From: Mustelus asterias
Lineage: Eukaryota
Length of the DNA: 64,000 nt
Assembly: GCF_964213995.1 (NCBI RefSeq)
Contig: NC_135813.1
Coordinates: forward strand, 99,262,001 to 99,326,000
Reading direction: 5' to 3'
Shown here piece by piece: positions 48,620 to 61,720 of the stretch. Position 1 is the stretch's first letter; the number at the start of each line of letters is the position of its first letter. Under the pieces are notes generated by a model. The model was given only the letters and a program-made list of their open reading frames with translations, did not search any database and was not told the DNA's origin. The position numbers and the translations under genes were made by a program.

Positions 48620-49210
48620 CCATGGCTGCAATTATATAGAGCCTTGGTGAGGCTGTACCTGGAGTTTTGCACCATGTTTTGCCTGCTTTATCTAAGGAAA
48701 TGATATACTTGCTGTAACGCGAGTGCAACGAAGATTCACTAAATTAGCACCTGGGATGGAGGGGTTTCCCTTTGAGGAGTGTTTAAGTTGACTGGGCCTT
48801 TATTCTCTGGAGTTTAGAAGAATGAGAGGTGACCTCATGCTAACATACAAAATTCTTACAGGGCTCAGCAGGATAGATGCAGGAAGGATTATTCCCCTGA
48901 TTTTGGGGGGGGGGGTGGGTGTCTGGAACCAGGGGACACGGTCTCCGAATAAGGAACGGGCCATTTAGGACTGAGGTGAGGAGGAATTTCTCCACTCAGA
49001 GGGTGGTGAATCTTTTGAATCCTCTAGCACAGAGGGCTGTGGAGGTTCAGTCATTGAGTATGTTCAAGACTGAGTTGGATAGATTTTGACATATTTGAAA
49101 CGATATGGGGATAGGGTAGGAAAATGATGTGAAGTAGGAGATCTGCCATAATCTCATTGAATGGTGGACCAAGCTCAGCAGGCTGATTGGCCTACTCCTA
49201 TGTTTTATGT
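48620..49210 (+). mobile_element. CR1 LINE 3' fragment
   Basis: LQLYRALVRLYLEFC...; RRMRGDL; CR1 tail. Confidence 0.85.
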
Positions 49211-49724
49211 TCTTGCGTTGTGCTTTGAGGTTTATAAGCATGTACCTTTTTATGAGTCTTCTAAGTTGATGTCCTACTAACATCCATCAACTCTTTAATA
49301 ACTCCAACCCTGATGGCTCAAAGGTTAGTCTGCGTATTTGGGGGAGCAGCTACAGCTGGCCCCACCAGCAAAGAATTGGTTAATGTCAGCCGGGGCTGTC
49401 ATCGGGTTGGAATGATATGCCTCAGCACCTTTGGCTTAAAGGGAAAATTGACGAGTTCCTGATTACCATTTCCTGGTGGAAATATGCATGTATTGTCACT
49501 ATTGGATTAGTCTTCACCACCCCAGCGATTACACAGTCTGCCAATTTTCATTGTCTATTTTTGCAGATGAACAGTAATCATTTGGACAAGGTAAGCAATG
49601 GGTGCCCATGGAATTGTACCCAGGTAAAAAGTCAGAATATTCAAGAGAGGATAAGAGGGGAGAAAATGGGCAACAAAGTGTGAGGGAGGTAGGGTGGAAG
49701 AGAAACGACTCCAACTGCTGCTCA

Positions 49725-49832
49725 TGATACAAAAACAGAAAATGCTGGAAAATCTCAGCAGGTCTGACAGCACCTGTGGAGAGAGAATAGACCCTACATT
49801 TCGAGTCTGGATGACACTTCGCCAGAGCTCAA
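49725..49832 (-). mobile_element. Penelope pLTR fragment
   Basis: Reverse complement of ~42045-42150; a similar fragment lies at 62555-62650. Confidence 0.7.
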
Positions 49833-51404
49833 GCTCTGGGATTTTCCCATCCTGCTGCAGTGAACGGAGATTTGGCTGAGCGCTAAATTCTCCGACCTCG
49901 CTGCAGCGGGAGCGTGGCATGATTGGCTGATAGGATTGCGCCCGATGGTTTAAAGAGGAAACTCTGAAGCCAAAGGCCGACATAACTGCCAATAGCGGGG
50001 CGTTTAAAACTGGAGTTGTGTAAAATGGAGGAGATGTGTAAAAATGGAGAATTGGAGGAGTGCAGAGATATAGAGGTGGATGAGGTTGTGGAGAGGAGGA
50101 GGACTGGGGCATGGAGAGATTTGTGAACCAAGGTATGAATTTTACAATCGAGCTGCCCCCAGAAACTACACATCCTGTTGCATAGTAGCACTGGAGGAGC
50201 TCTGCTCTTTAATATCACAATGTACTCACATTCCTCATAACAGCATTGCTGAAATTAGGAGCTGGGTAGAGTGCGGAGCATCAAACTTTCTCGCTGTCAG
50301 GTGCAGACGCTGTAGTCACGATTGGCAATGATATTTTTAGATAACTGGTCCCAGATGGGAGGCGGGAATTGACAGTCGAGTCTGGAGAGACATCAGCGAT
50401 GACCCTGATTACATATCCATCTTTCATGCTGCAGGAGTGCCTGAGGTCTGTCACTGCGCCCTTAAACACTTAAAATTGTGAGGAATAAAATTAACAAGGG
50501 TCAATGACGGAGTGCGTGTTCTCTAAATTACATCGATGTTAGTCTTCTTCCAAATGGCAAGCAATTAAAGTAGCATAACCACACAAGTGATCAGCAAAAT
50601 GAAAAAGTATTGAAATAATCTGGATTTGTGCGAAAAGGAGTGTGATGTGATACTTTTTGACAGGTTTATTACAGAGAAGGGGAGATGGAAAGGAGCCAAG
50701 AGGAGCAGGAGCTGGTGGGAGGGTGGGGAGAGAGAGAGAGAAAAGAGGCGAAGGAGGGGGAGGCTGCAGCCTCCCCCTCCCCACCCCCTGCTCCCCTCAC
50801 CCCTTCAATAAGTTGAAAAGCAGATTTTTTAAAAATCAGAAAGCAGTAAAGAGTCGTAGCGCTTTGAAAGCTTCAGTGTTTCCATGGTAATTAAGTGAAA
50901 GGACATCCTGCAGTGCTGCGCTAATTGAAGAGTATATATTATTAAACCTACTGAGAGAATAAATGCCGGAATTGCACTTGCAAAAGGACAGTATTCAGCT
51001 TCTATTAAAATTGCTCTAACTAATTTGCCAGTTAAGTATTCCATGTTTAATGTGATGAGAAGCTCAAATGCTGTGGAAAGATGGCAGTGAAACACCCACT
51101 GTTACCAAGTTCCAGAGATTTCAGGATTGTTTTGACTTTTCTGTCTTGCACACCCAGGCTGGATATTTCATTTCTCTCCTGTTTTTTTCCCTGTTTCCCT
51201 ATCGATTGCACCTATTCTGCTCTCTAAATGAGAGCACAGGCTCTTGCTCTAAAGGGGGAAGGTTGCCAACTGTACGTCTTTTGGCCAAGCAATCTTTTTT
51301 TTAAAAAGTCGCTACCCGGAGTTGTTTTAAATTTTAACGTTGTCAAGTAAACTCCACCTTCTGTGGGACTTCAGCTGAAATCTTTAAACCTCGTTCGATC
51401 AGAG

Positions 51405-51700
51405 CGTCACGGTGGCACAGCGGTTAGCACTGCTGCCTCTCAGTGCCAGGGACCCAGGTTCAATTCCCGGCTTGGGTCACTGTCTGTGTGGAGTTTGCAC
51501 GTTCTCCCCACGTCTGCGTGGATTTCCTCCGGGTGCTCTGGTTTCCTCCTACAGTCCAAAGACTTGTAGGTTAGGTGCATTGGCCCTGCTGAATTCTCCC
51601 TCAGTGTACCCAAACAGGTGCCGGAGTATAGCGACTCGGGGATTTTCACAGTAACTTCATTACAGTGTGAATGTAAGCCTACTTGTGACTAATAAATAAA
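51405..51700 (+). mobile_element. V-SINE with tail B
   Basis: Same structure as 16217-16490. Confidence 0.85.
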
Positions 51701-52299
51701 TTTTACTTTATCTCAGTTGCTGGGTCCATTCCTTTTTTAACACAGAGAATTTGAGGCCCTGACTTTCCCATCTTTTAAAGTCCTTTCCATGCCTGAGCGA
51801 CAGGTTGTAGCTGGCAGCTTCCTATCAGTTTTCCAGTAAACCTGCATTATCACCCCAGCCTGTAACCGTTAGCTACAGCTTGTTTAAGGTTCGAGAAGAG
51901 ATTTTAATGTACGTTCGTGCTAAGGTTTTGTTTTCAGTCCGACCACCGCATTTCTGTGTTGAAGGTTGACCTGCTGCCTCTGGTAAGACACTTATTTACG
52001 AGTCTGGTGCCCTTGACAGACGCAAAAGCAAGCCGCAGCTATGGCTCATGATGCTGCTCCTGCGCAGACGTAGTGATGAGCCAAGGGCATGACATTGACA
52101 CTGTCTCTTTCGGTAGCTAACTACCAGATTTATATCCATTGGCTGGATGTTTCAGATGCCAACATGCTTTTAATGGCCACAAATTGTCCCTTGCAGAGCT
52201 GAAAGCAGCTGGTACTTGTTAGCAAAGTTGTGCCTGGGTGGGATATCAGAAATCTGTCTTGTGATCCGTAAGAAAAATAAGTGACTTCACATAATTGGC

Positions 52300-54460
52300 C
52301 CCGCACAGAAGGAGGCCATTTGGCCCATCCTGTCTGCACCAGTTCTCCAAGTGAGCATTATGGCTCAGTGCTATAATCATTTCCCCTCTTCAATGTCCCA
52401 GATTGAAGCTGCCTCCACCACACTTCCAGACCGTGCATTCCAGAACCCAACCACTCATGTGGAAAAATGTTTTCTTGCAACACACTTATTTCTTGTGCAA
52501 AACACTTGAAATCTGTCCTTTTAATGAGTGGGATCAGATTCTCCCTATCTAAGCTGTCCAGTCCCCTCTTGACTTTGAACATCCTCGATCAAATCTCCTC
52601 TTAGCTGCCTGCTCTCCAATGAAAACCTCTCCAGCAAATCCTCCGAACTGAAGTTTCGCATCCCCAAGACCGATCTTGTAAACTTCTTCCGCACTCTTAT
52701 AAACAATGGAATTTGGTCAAATTTGCAGATGATACCAAGCAGTTGATTCTGTGGAGGTCGCTCTGGAATTACACAATATAAACACATGAACTAGGAACAG
52801 GAATAGGCCATTCGGCCCCTCGAGTCAGTTCTGCCATGCAATAAGATCGTGGCTGATCTGATTGTGGCTTCAGCTCTATTTTCCTGTCCACCCCCTACAA
52901 CCTTTCACCCCCTTGTCAATTGAGAATTTATCAAATTCAGCCTTAAAATATTCAATGACCTTGCCTCCACTGCTGCCAGGGGAAGAGATTTCCAACATAC
53001 AGACCTCTTGGCGAGAGGGTGGGGGAATAAATCCCCTAATCCTTGAATTAAATGGGAGAATGCTTAATTTAAACCATGTCCACTGGTTCTCATCTCTCCC
53101 TTAAAAGGCAATATCCTTTCAGCATCTGCCTTGTGAAGTCCCCTCAGGATCTTTTGTTTCAACTCTCATTCTTCTACAGGCCTAACCTGTCCAGCCTTTC
53201 CTCTTAAGATAAGCCCTTCATCCAAGGATTCAGATAAATGAACCTTCTCTGAACTGCTAAATTTCTTAGGTAAGGAGACCAAAATGATACACTACTCCTG
53301 ATGTGCTCTCTCCAAAGCTCTGTAGCAAAACTTCCTTTTTTTTCCTGCATTTATTCTCCTTGCAATAGACAACAATGTTCCAATTGATTTTCTAATCACT
53401 TGTTTCTGCAGACTAACATTTTGCAATCATGTACTAGGACACTTGGGTGTCTTTGCCACAAGAGTTCTGCAGTCTCTCTATTTAAATAACATATTGCTTT
53501 TATTCTTCTTGCCAAAGTGGACAAGTTCACATTTTCCCACATGAGACTCGCTTCATCTGCCAAATTTTCAGCCACTCACTTAACCTGTTTATATCCCTTA
53601 TGTCCTCTTCACACCTTTAATCTCCTACCTACTTTGGTGTCATCAGCAAATTTATCTACCCGTGCATTCTGTCTCTTTATCCAAATCATAGAAACATAGA
53701 AGATGGGAGCAGGAGGAGGCCATTTGGCTCTTCGAGCCTGCTCTGCCATTCATCACTATCAAGGCTGATGGTCCAACTCAATAGCCTAGGCCTGCTTTCT
53801 CCCCATTACCTTTGATCCCATTCACTCCCAAGTGTTTTTGATGTTGATTGTAAATAATTAAAGATCCAGTGCTGATCCCTGTGCCACTCCACTAGTTCTA
53901 GCTTGCCAACCCAAAAAGACCCATTTCTCCCTATTCTGTTTCTTGTTAGCTAACCAATCTTTCTATTTATGCTAATGCATTAGCCCTTATGCCATAAGCA
54001 CTTATTTTGTATCGTAACATTTGATATGGCACCTTATAAAATGCAGTTTGGAAATCCCAAATATATCACATCTGCAGATCTCCCTTTATCCATGATACTT
54101 CCTTTTGGAGCTCTAATGAAGTTTAAGTTTATTTATTAGTGTCACAAGTCGGCTTACATTAACACTGCAATGAAGTTACTGTGAAAATCACCTAATCGCC
54201 ACACTCTGGCGCCTGTTCGGGTACACTGAGGGAGAATTTAGCATGGCCAATGCAGCTAACTAGCATGTCTTTCAAACTGTGGGAGGAAACCGGAGCATCT
54301 GGAGGAAACCCACACAGACACGGGGAGAACATGCAGACTGCGCACAGATAGTGATCCAAGCTGGGAATCGAACCCGGGTCCCTGGCACCGTGAGGCACAG
54401 TGCTAAACACTGCCCTCATAAATTAGTCAAATACAATTTCCGTGACACAAAACCATGTTG
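52300..54460 (-). mobile_element. Cluster of CR1 LINE fragments with nested insertions (CR1 tail ~53685-53830; tail-B V-SINE 54122-54415)
   Basis: Collinear with 38045-39375; the CR1 sequence resumes after the SINE at ~54420. Confidence 0.8.
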
Positions 54461-54705
54461 TGCACCGGCTGATCTATAAAATTTGTAACTGAGTCAAATG
54501 ATAGAAGAAGTTTAACACGGACAGTTATAAAATACTGAACATGAACACTGGAAAAAAGGAAAACTAAACAATAGCTTCAAAAATGCTGACTCATTTCCCA
54601 AAACATTGACAATTCAGGAAGAAGTCAGTAACATAAACTGTAGTGTGCTCAGATTGCCTTCCAGGAAACCTGGATAGGTCAAAACTTGTGGGGAGGGAGA
54701 GATAG

Positions 54706-54862
54706 GGGTGGTGCTGGGGATAGAATTGCTGAAGATTGGGGTGGTGTTGGGGATGGAATTGTTGAAGATTGGGGTGGTGTTGGGGATGGAATTGTTGAAG
54801 ATTGGGGTGGTGTTGGGGATGGAATTGCTGAAGATTGGCATGGTGCTGGACATATAATTGCT
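54706..54862 (+). repeat. 33-bp tandem repeat (GGGGTGGTGTTGGGGATGGAATTGTTGAAGATT), ~4.5 copies
   Basis: Directly visible; gives the (PNLQQFHPQHH)n spurious ORF. Confidence 0.9.
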
Positions 54863-55500
54863 GAAGGTTCTTGGAAGGTAGATGTCTTTCGAGCACCTTC
54901 CGCTTGGATGGGGGAAGGGACTGGCATGTGTTTTCCTGCAAAATGTTGTATTACAATTGCAGTTTTGTGAATAATTTAAAGCTTTACCTTCTACACAATT
55001 GATTTTTTTCAAATGTTTAAAAAGTATAGGAAAAATAAGAGCTATATAGTTTTCAGACCAAACAAGGCTTGACAATTATTTCTTGAAGGATTACTCAGTA
55101 TTCAATCTGTCCTGACACCACATCCGGTTCAGAGACACTTTATCTCCTCCAACCTCTCAATCAAAGAGGGATATTGTCCTGCTCCTCAGTTCAAATTAAC
55201 ACTCTTCATGTCCCCTGCCCACACTCTGCATCTGTCCACTTTGCAGTCTCTCTACTTCTCTGGAATATGCAGTTCTTTTTCTCTCCCTCAGTCAAGGCTG
55301 GCACTTGTCCCTACCTCCACCCACCCTCACCTCCCTCATCACCTTAGTCCATGCTTGAATCTTTTTTTTCTCTCCTCCTTCCCCAGTTATGCTGGATAAT
55401 TCTGCAGTTTGTATGTTTCATCTAAGAATTCCCACTGATAGCACATCGGTGGCACAGTGGTTAGCACTGCTGCCTCACCGCTGCAAGGACCCGGGTTCAA

Positions 55501-57481
55501 TGGAGAGTGCAGGAGGGCATGCCAGGAGCAGCACCAGGCACACCGAAAAAATGAGGTGTCAACCTGGTGAAGCTACCAAACAGGACGAGCTGAATGCCAA
55601 ACGGCAAAAACAGCGAGTGATAAACAGAGCTAAGCGATCCCACAGCCAACAGATCAGATCTGAGCTCTGTAGTCCTTCCACATCCAGTCGAGAATGTGAT
55701 GGACAATTAAACAACTCACTGGAGGAGGAGGCTCCACAAATATCCCAATGATGGAGGAACCCAGCGCATCAGTGCAAAAGATAAGGCTGAAGCATTTGCA
55801 ACAATCTTCAGCCAGAAGTGCTGAGTGGATCATCCATCTCGGCCTCCTCCAGTGGTCCCCAGCATCTCAGATGTCAGTCTCCAACCAATTCGATTCACTC
55901 CACGTGATATCAAGAACCGTTGAAGGCACTGGATACTGCAAAGGCAATGGGCCCTGATAACATTCCGGCAATAGTCCTGAAGACTTGTGCTCCAGAACTT
56001 GCCGCTCCACTAGCCAAACATTTCCAGTAGTTACAACACTGGCATCTACCCAACAATGTGGAAAATTGCCCAGGTATGTCCTGTACACAAAAAGCAGGAC
56101 AAATCCAACCCAGCCAATTACCGCCCAATCAGTCTATTCTCGATCATCAGTAAAGTGATTGAAGGGGTCATCAACAGTGCTATCAAGCAGCACTTGCTCA
56201 GCAATAACCTGCTCAGTGACGCCCAGTTTGGGTTTCGCCAGGGTCACTCAGCTCCTGACCTCATTACAGCCTTGGTTCAAACATGGACAAAAGAGCTGAA
56301 TTCCAGAGGTGAGGTGAGAGTGACAGCCCTTGACATCAATGCCGCATTCGACCGAGTGTGGCATCAAGGAGCCCTGGCAAAACTGGAATCAATGAGTATC
56401 AGTGCAAACTCTCTGCTGGAGAGTTGGAGTCATACCTGGTACATAGGAAGATGGTTGTGGTTGTGGAGGGTCAGTCATCTCAGCTCCAGGATATCTCTGC
56501 AGGAGTCCCTCAGGGTAATGTCCTCGGTCCAACAATCTTCAGCTGCTTCATCAATGACCTTCGCTCCATCATAAGATCAGAAATAGGGTGTTCGCCCATG
56601 ATTGCACAATGTTCAGCACCATTCGTGACTCCTCAGATACTGAAGCAGTCCATGTTCAAATGCAACAAGATCTGGACAATATCCAGGGTTGGGCTGACAA
56701 GTGGCAAATAACATTCGTGCCACACAAATGCCAGGCAATGACCATCACCAATAAGAGACACACTAACCACCGCCCCTTAACATTCAATGGTGTTACCATC
56801 ACTGAATCCCCCGCTGTCAACACCCTTGGGGTTACCATTAACCAGAAACTCAACTGAACTTACCACATAAACACAGTGGCTACAAGAGCAGGTCAGAGGC
56901 TAGGAATACTGCGGCGAGTAACTCGCCTCCTGACTCCCCAAAGCCTATCTTTCATTTGCAAGGCACAAGTCAGGAATGTGATGGAATACTCCCCACTCGC
57001 CTGGATGGGTGCAGATCTAACAACACTTGAGAAGCTTGACACCATCCAGGACAAAGCAGCCCGCTTGATTGGCACCAATCTACAAACATTCAATCCCTCC
57101 ACCACCGACGCTCAGTAGCAGCAGTGTGTACTATCTACAAGATGCACTGCAGCAATTCACCAAAGATCCTGAGACAGCACCTTCCAAACTCATGACCACT
57201 TCCATCTAGAACGACAAGGGCAGCAGACAAATGGGAACACCACCACCTGCAAGTTCCCTTCCAAGTCACTCACCATCCTGACTTGGAAATATATATGCAG
57301 TTCCTTCGCAGTCGCTGGGTCAAAATCCTGGAATTCCCTCCCTAACAACATTGTGGGTCAACCCACAGAACATGGACTGCAGCGATTCAAGAAGGCACCA
57401 CCTTCTCAAGGGCGACTAGGGATGGGCAATAAATGCTGGCCAGCCAGCGATGCCCATATCCCACGAATGAATATTAAAAAA
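55501..57481 (+). mobile_element. 5'-truncated CR1-like LINE (family 2) with a frameshifted RT
   Basis: WKIAQVCPVHKK..NYRPISL, QFGFR, ALDINAAFDRVWH, GVPQGNVLGP and MFAHDC (FADD box); A-rich 3' end. Confidence 0.93.
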
Positions 57482-57482
57482 A

Positions 57483-57762
57483 TTCTGGACTTGGGTGACA
57501 GTGTGGTATTTGTACGTTCTCCCCATGTCTGCGTGTGTTTCCTCCAGGTGCTCCGGTTTCCACCCATAGTCCAAAGTTGTGCAGGTTAGGGGGATTGTCC
57601 ATGCTAAATTGCCCCTTAGCATCCCAAAATGTGCAGGTTAAATGGATCAGCCATGGAAAATGCGCGGGATAGGGTGGGGGAGGTGGCTTGGGGTAAGACA
57701 CTGTCAAGAGACGGTGCAGATCCAATGGGCTGAATGGCCTCTTCTGTACTATATGGATTCTA
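57483..57762 (+). mobile_element. 3' half of an HE1 V-SINE whose 5' half is 55447-55501
   Basis: The SINE is split at its B-box by the LINE. Confidence 0.8.
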
Positions 57763-58107
57763 TTTTATGAGAATCACTTTGACTTTCAACAAGACAAAGT
57801 TATGAACCAAGTTACGAATGATGGTGAGATGGAAGCGAGTGGATAATACAGAAGCAGCACTGAGTGGAGAGTGACTTGGTTTTAGTCGGGACTTGTGAGC
57901 GAGCCTCCAGAGTGCTGATGGGCTCAAACATGGACAATTGGCATGAATGCACGTAGGGAAGAAAAGGGGCAAGGTACACCCTTAAAGTTCAGGAATAGTT
58001 TGGGATAAAGTTGAAAGATCTCTGGATCGGTGCAGATTCATTATCCGCCACATTCAATCTCTACCAAACAGCAATCAACAAAGCGAGCGATGATGAACCA
58101 AACAGTA

Positions 58108-58512
58108 ATAAGACCATAAGATATAGGAGCAGAATTAGGCCATTCGGCCCATCAAGTCTGCTCCACCATTCAATCATGGTTGATTTGTTTCTCAACCCCA
58201 TTCTCCCGCCTTTTCCCCCTTAACCTTGATCCCCTTACCAGTCAAGAACCTATCTATTCCTGTCTTAATGACCTGGCCTCCTCAGCCTTCTGTGGCAATG
58301 AATTCCATAGATTTCACCACCATCTGGTTGAAGAAATTCCTCTTCATCTCAGTTTACTCTGAGGCTGTGCCCTCGAATCCTACTCTTTTTTACTAATGGA
58401 AACATCTTCCCCACGTCCACTCTACCCGGGCCTTTCAGTATTTTGCAAGTTTCGATGAGATCCCTCTCTCATCCTTCTAAACTCCATCGAATACAGACCC
58501 AGAGTCCTCAAA
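58108..58512 (-). mobile_element. CR1 LINE 3' fragment
   Basis: CATAAGATATAGGAGCAGAATTAGGCCATTCGGCCC tail; related + strand tails at ~42600-42735 and ~59940-60080. Confidence 0.8.
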
Positions 58513-61380
58513 ACCCAAGCCAAGACAGTAGCATGCCCTAAGAGTACATGTTCAAGCTGTATAATGCTATGGTCAGACCTCATCATTCTGTTTTCAGGTC
58601 AGGTCACTGAGACACAAGGAAGGGAGTTCAGAGAAGACTGACAAAGTTAATCTGTTGTATTGGAGATCTGAGGAATGGAAAAGGTTCTTCTCAGTTTTGA
58701 AATGAGGTAGCTGAGAGGTGACAGTGCAGAGGTTTATAAAATAGCAAATAATACAAAAAAAACCAAAGTGGAAAATTACCTCTGACTTGATTGTGATGAT
58801 TGGTTGAGGTGACATGGGTTTGAACTAATTAAAAGTAAAATTGAGACTGTTCACTTCAAAGTTATTTGAACGTAAAAAATGGAGTGGACTTCTTCATAGA
58901 GCAATCAGAAACAAGAACTGTAGTAATTTAAACGGGTGCTGCAATGGGGGTCCCTTTGGATTGATGATCAAGATGGACTGAATAAATTCTTCCTTTCTGT
59001 TTATTATGTGAAGGGTTATGGTGCCAAATCACTTGATTTTTCTTCCAATTTTTGTTTCTTTTTAACTTATAATTTTCAATTGCTTTGCTGTAACAGTCTC
59101 CTGTATCTGAATGCCAAAAGTTTCATTGTTTGAAACCCATGCTTCAAATATTCAGCCATCGCGCACTCCCTGCTTAGTTTGGCAAATGTTAACAATCCCT
59201 AGAATCGGGTGAAGTGCCAAGACGTATTTAGCAGCCAGAAGACCACCAAGGTTGTCAGGAGGAAAGGAGAAGATTAGGCAAAGTAGTGATTAGGTGACGG
59301 TCTTAAAAACCTGTAGATTCTACGAGGGACAAAAGAAAACCGCGGTGCTAGGTTTGAGCAGAGAGCTACGTGATAAGTCTTGCTTTCAGCAGTGAGGATG
59401 GTGTATTTTAAGCTTCGAAGGAACAAAAGAAAAATGTTCAGAGCACCATTGACCAATGGAGTTCACTGTAGGCTGCTTTGAGCTGTTTGGTTTGTGCATG
59501 GACTTCTATCCATTGTTAGGGGTTGTCTGATTTATCCCAGGAGTACGGTGATCGTATGAAACATGCTGGCAGAAATCTAGCACAATGAGACTTTTGGGGA
59601 AAATAATTAAAATCTGCCATCACCACCAGATTTGCTTGATAAGTTCTGCCATTTAAGGTGCCAGTAGCACTGTGGCAGGATATAGCAGCTGAAATTGCAG
59701 TTTGCAGTGTGCAGATACAGTTGATACTCAGTTGATCTGGGAACTCCAGTTTGTGATTGCAATGCTATTGCTCAACTAAATCTGGCTAATTCCTGAACTC
59801 TGAACCAAGTCCGTCGCTTGCACTGAATGCTAATTATCTTATTAAGACATCTTGTTTCCCCCTCCCTCCGAGTATTGAGTTGGGGAAGTCTTGTTCATTT
59901 TTAAATATGTCCACAGCTTCTCAGAGGAAGGGAAGCGAGTTTCTTGATTAATAAGAGGATCAGGGGTTAAGGGGAAAAGGCAGGAGAATGGGGATGAGAA
60001 AACTATCAGCCATGATTGAATGGCGGAGCAGACTCGATGGGCCGAGTGGCCTAATCCTGCTCCTATCTCTTATGGTCTTATGGAGTTGTCGTACTCCATT
60101 CCTCTCCGTCTATATTATTATCACCACGCAAAGCTCTTCATTCTGCCACTGTACCCTAATCTTCAGCACTCTCTCCCATGACTCCCTCATCTTGTAACCC
60201 CTCACCTTTACTTAAAATCACCCTTTCTAAAAATAAAACACATTTTCCGGCCGCACTCGCCCCAAAATCGGAAAGTCCCGCCCTAGGTCAACGGACCTTT
60301 GCATTGTCCGCCCCCGCTCGCTACGATTCCCATGGCGGGCGGGACAGGAAAATTCCCCCGTTGTTTTCTGCATGCTTTCAGTCTTTTCTGCTTAGTTTTC
60401 CAATTCCTGATTGAAGTTCCTTTTTATAAAGTGCTTTGGAACATTGCACTAAGAGAAGGGATGTCGTATATGTGCATTTTACTATTGAACACTGTGGTAT
60501 TCAAAGTTTGAGTGTGAGCCATTGGCCATCAGTTATCTGATATAATGAAGCAATTTACTTCATATTACAAAGAAACAGGCCACATGAGCCTCTTCTATCC
60601 TGCTTCATCAACATGCCCTTCTATTCATTTATCCCTCATGTGTTTACCTATGTTCCTCTAAGTGTTTCTTTTTTATTATTCATTCGTGGGACATGGACGT
60701 CGCTGGCTGGCCACCATTTATTGCCCATCTCCAGTTGCCCTTGAAAAAGTGGTGGTGACCTTCTTGAATCACTGCAGTCCATGTCCTGTGGGTTGACCCA
60801 CAATGCCATTCGGGAGGGAATTATTTACGCTAATGCAGTTGATAAAATAGGGAAAGACAATTGTAATTCGGAAGAAAGGATTATTTGTCAGTTGTTGAGA
60901 TTTCTTTACGGCTTCCTGACCCGTGAGTGCAAGGAGAAACGATGGATGAGTTACCCAAGTACAGAGTATTCCAGTCTTGGATGAATGTCAACTTTATAGA
61001 GAGATCTTGGTTGTGGGGAAATAATGGTTTTGGTATGAAAGAGAAACTCAGTTTCTTGGAGGCGATTTGAACAAAGGAGTTGTTGCGGGATTTGAGCTCA
61101 AAAGTAGGAGTGAAATCCAAAATGTTAGTGGAGGAAGAAATGCTAAAGTCGGAACCAATGGTCGGGAGCAAGATCCGTCATCAGAGACGAGCAATAGCAT
61201 TTGCTGCTGACCTCAAAGAAAGCTGCACGCAAAGGCCCAGAAATGTTTGTGACATTGACTTCCCCTTTCCCAATGGCTTTTTAACTCTGTTGCCAAGTCA
61301 AAGACTCCCCAGGTATGTGCAACAGCAGTGAAGTCAGCAGGCAGCCAATGACATTGAAGTATGTCAATGACATTGAACTA

Positions 61381-61720
61381 GGGCAACACGGTAGCACAGT
61401 GGTTAGCACTGCTGCTTCACAGCTCCAGGGACCTGGGTTCGATTCCTGGCTTGGGTCACTGTCTGTGCGGAGTTTGCACATTCTCCTCGTGTCTGCGTGG
61501 GTTTCCTCCGGGTGCTCCGGTTTTCCTCCCACAGTCCAAAGATGTGCGGGTTAGGTTGATTGGCCATGCTAAAATTGCCCCTTAGTGTCCTGAGATGCGT
61601 AGGTTAGAGGGTAAAATATGTCGGGATATGGGGGTAGGGCCTGGGTGGGATTGTGGTCGGTGCAGACTCGATGGGCCGAATGGCCTCTTTCTATACTGTA
61701 GGGTTTCTATGATCTATGAT
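61381..61720 (+). mobile_element. HE1-type V-SINE, near consensus
   Basis: Full head, core and tail. Confidence 0.9.

Noticed and set aside
54591-55075. ORFs with 11-aa repeats (PNLQQFHPQHH)
   Set aside because: A 33-bp minisatellite read in frame; no splice or promoter support.
55501-57481. Active or domesticated reverse transcriptase
   Set aside because: 5'-truncated with several frameshifts and stops, and the catalytic FADD box reads FAHD.
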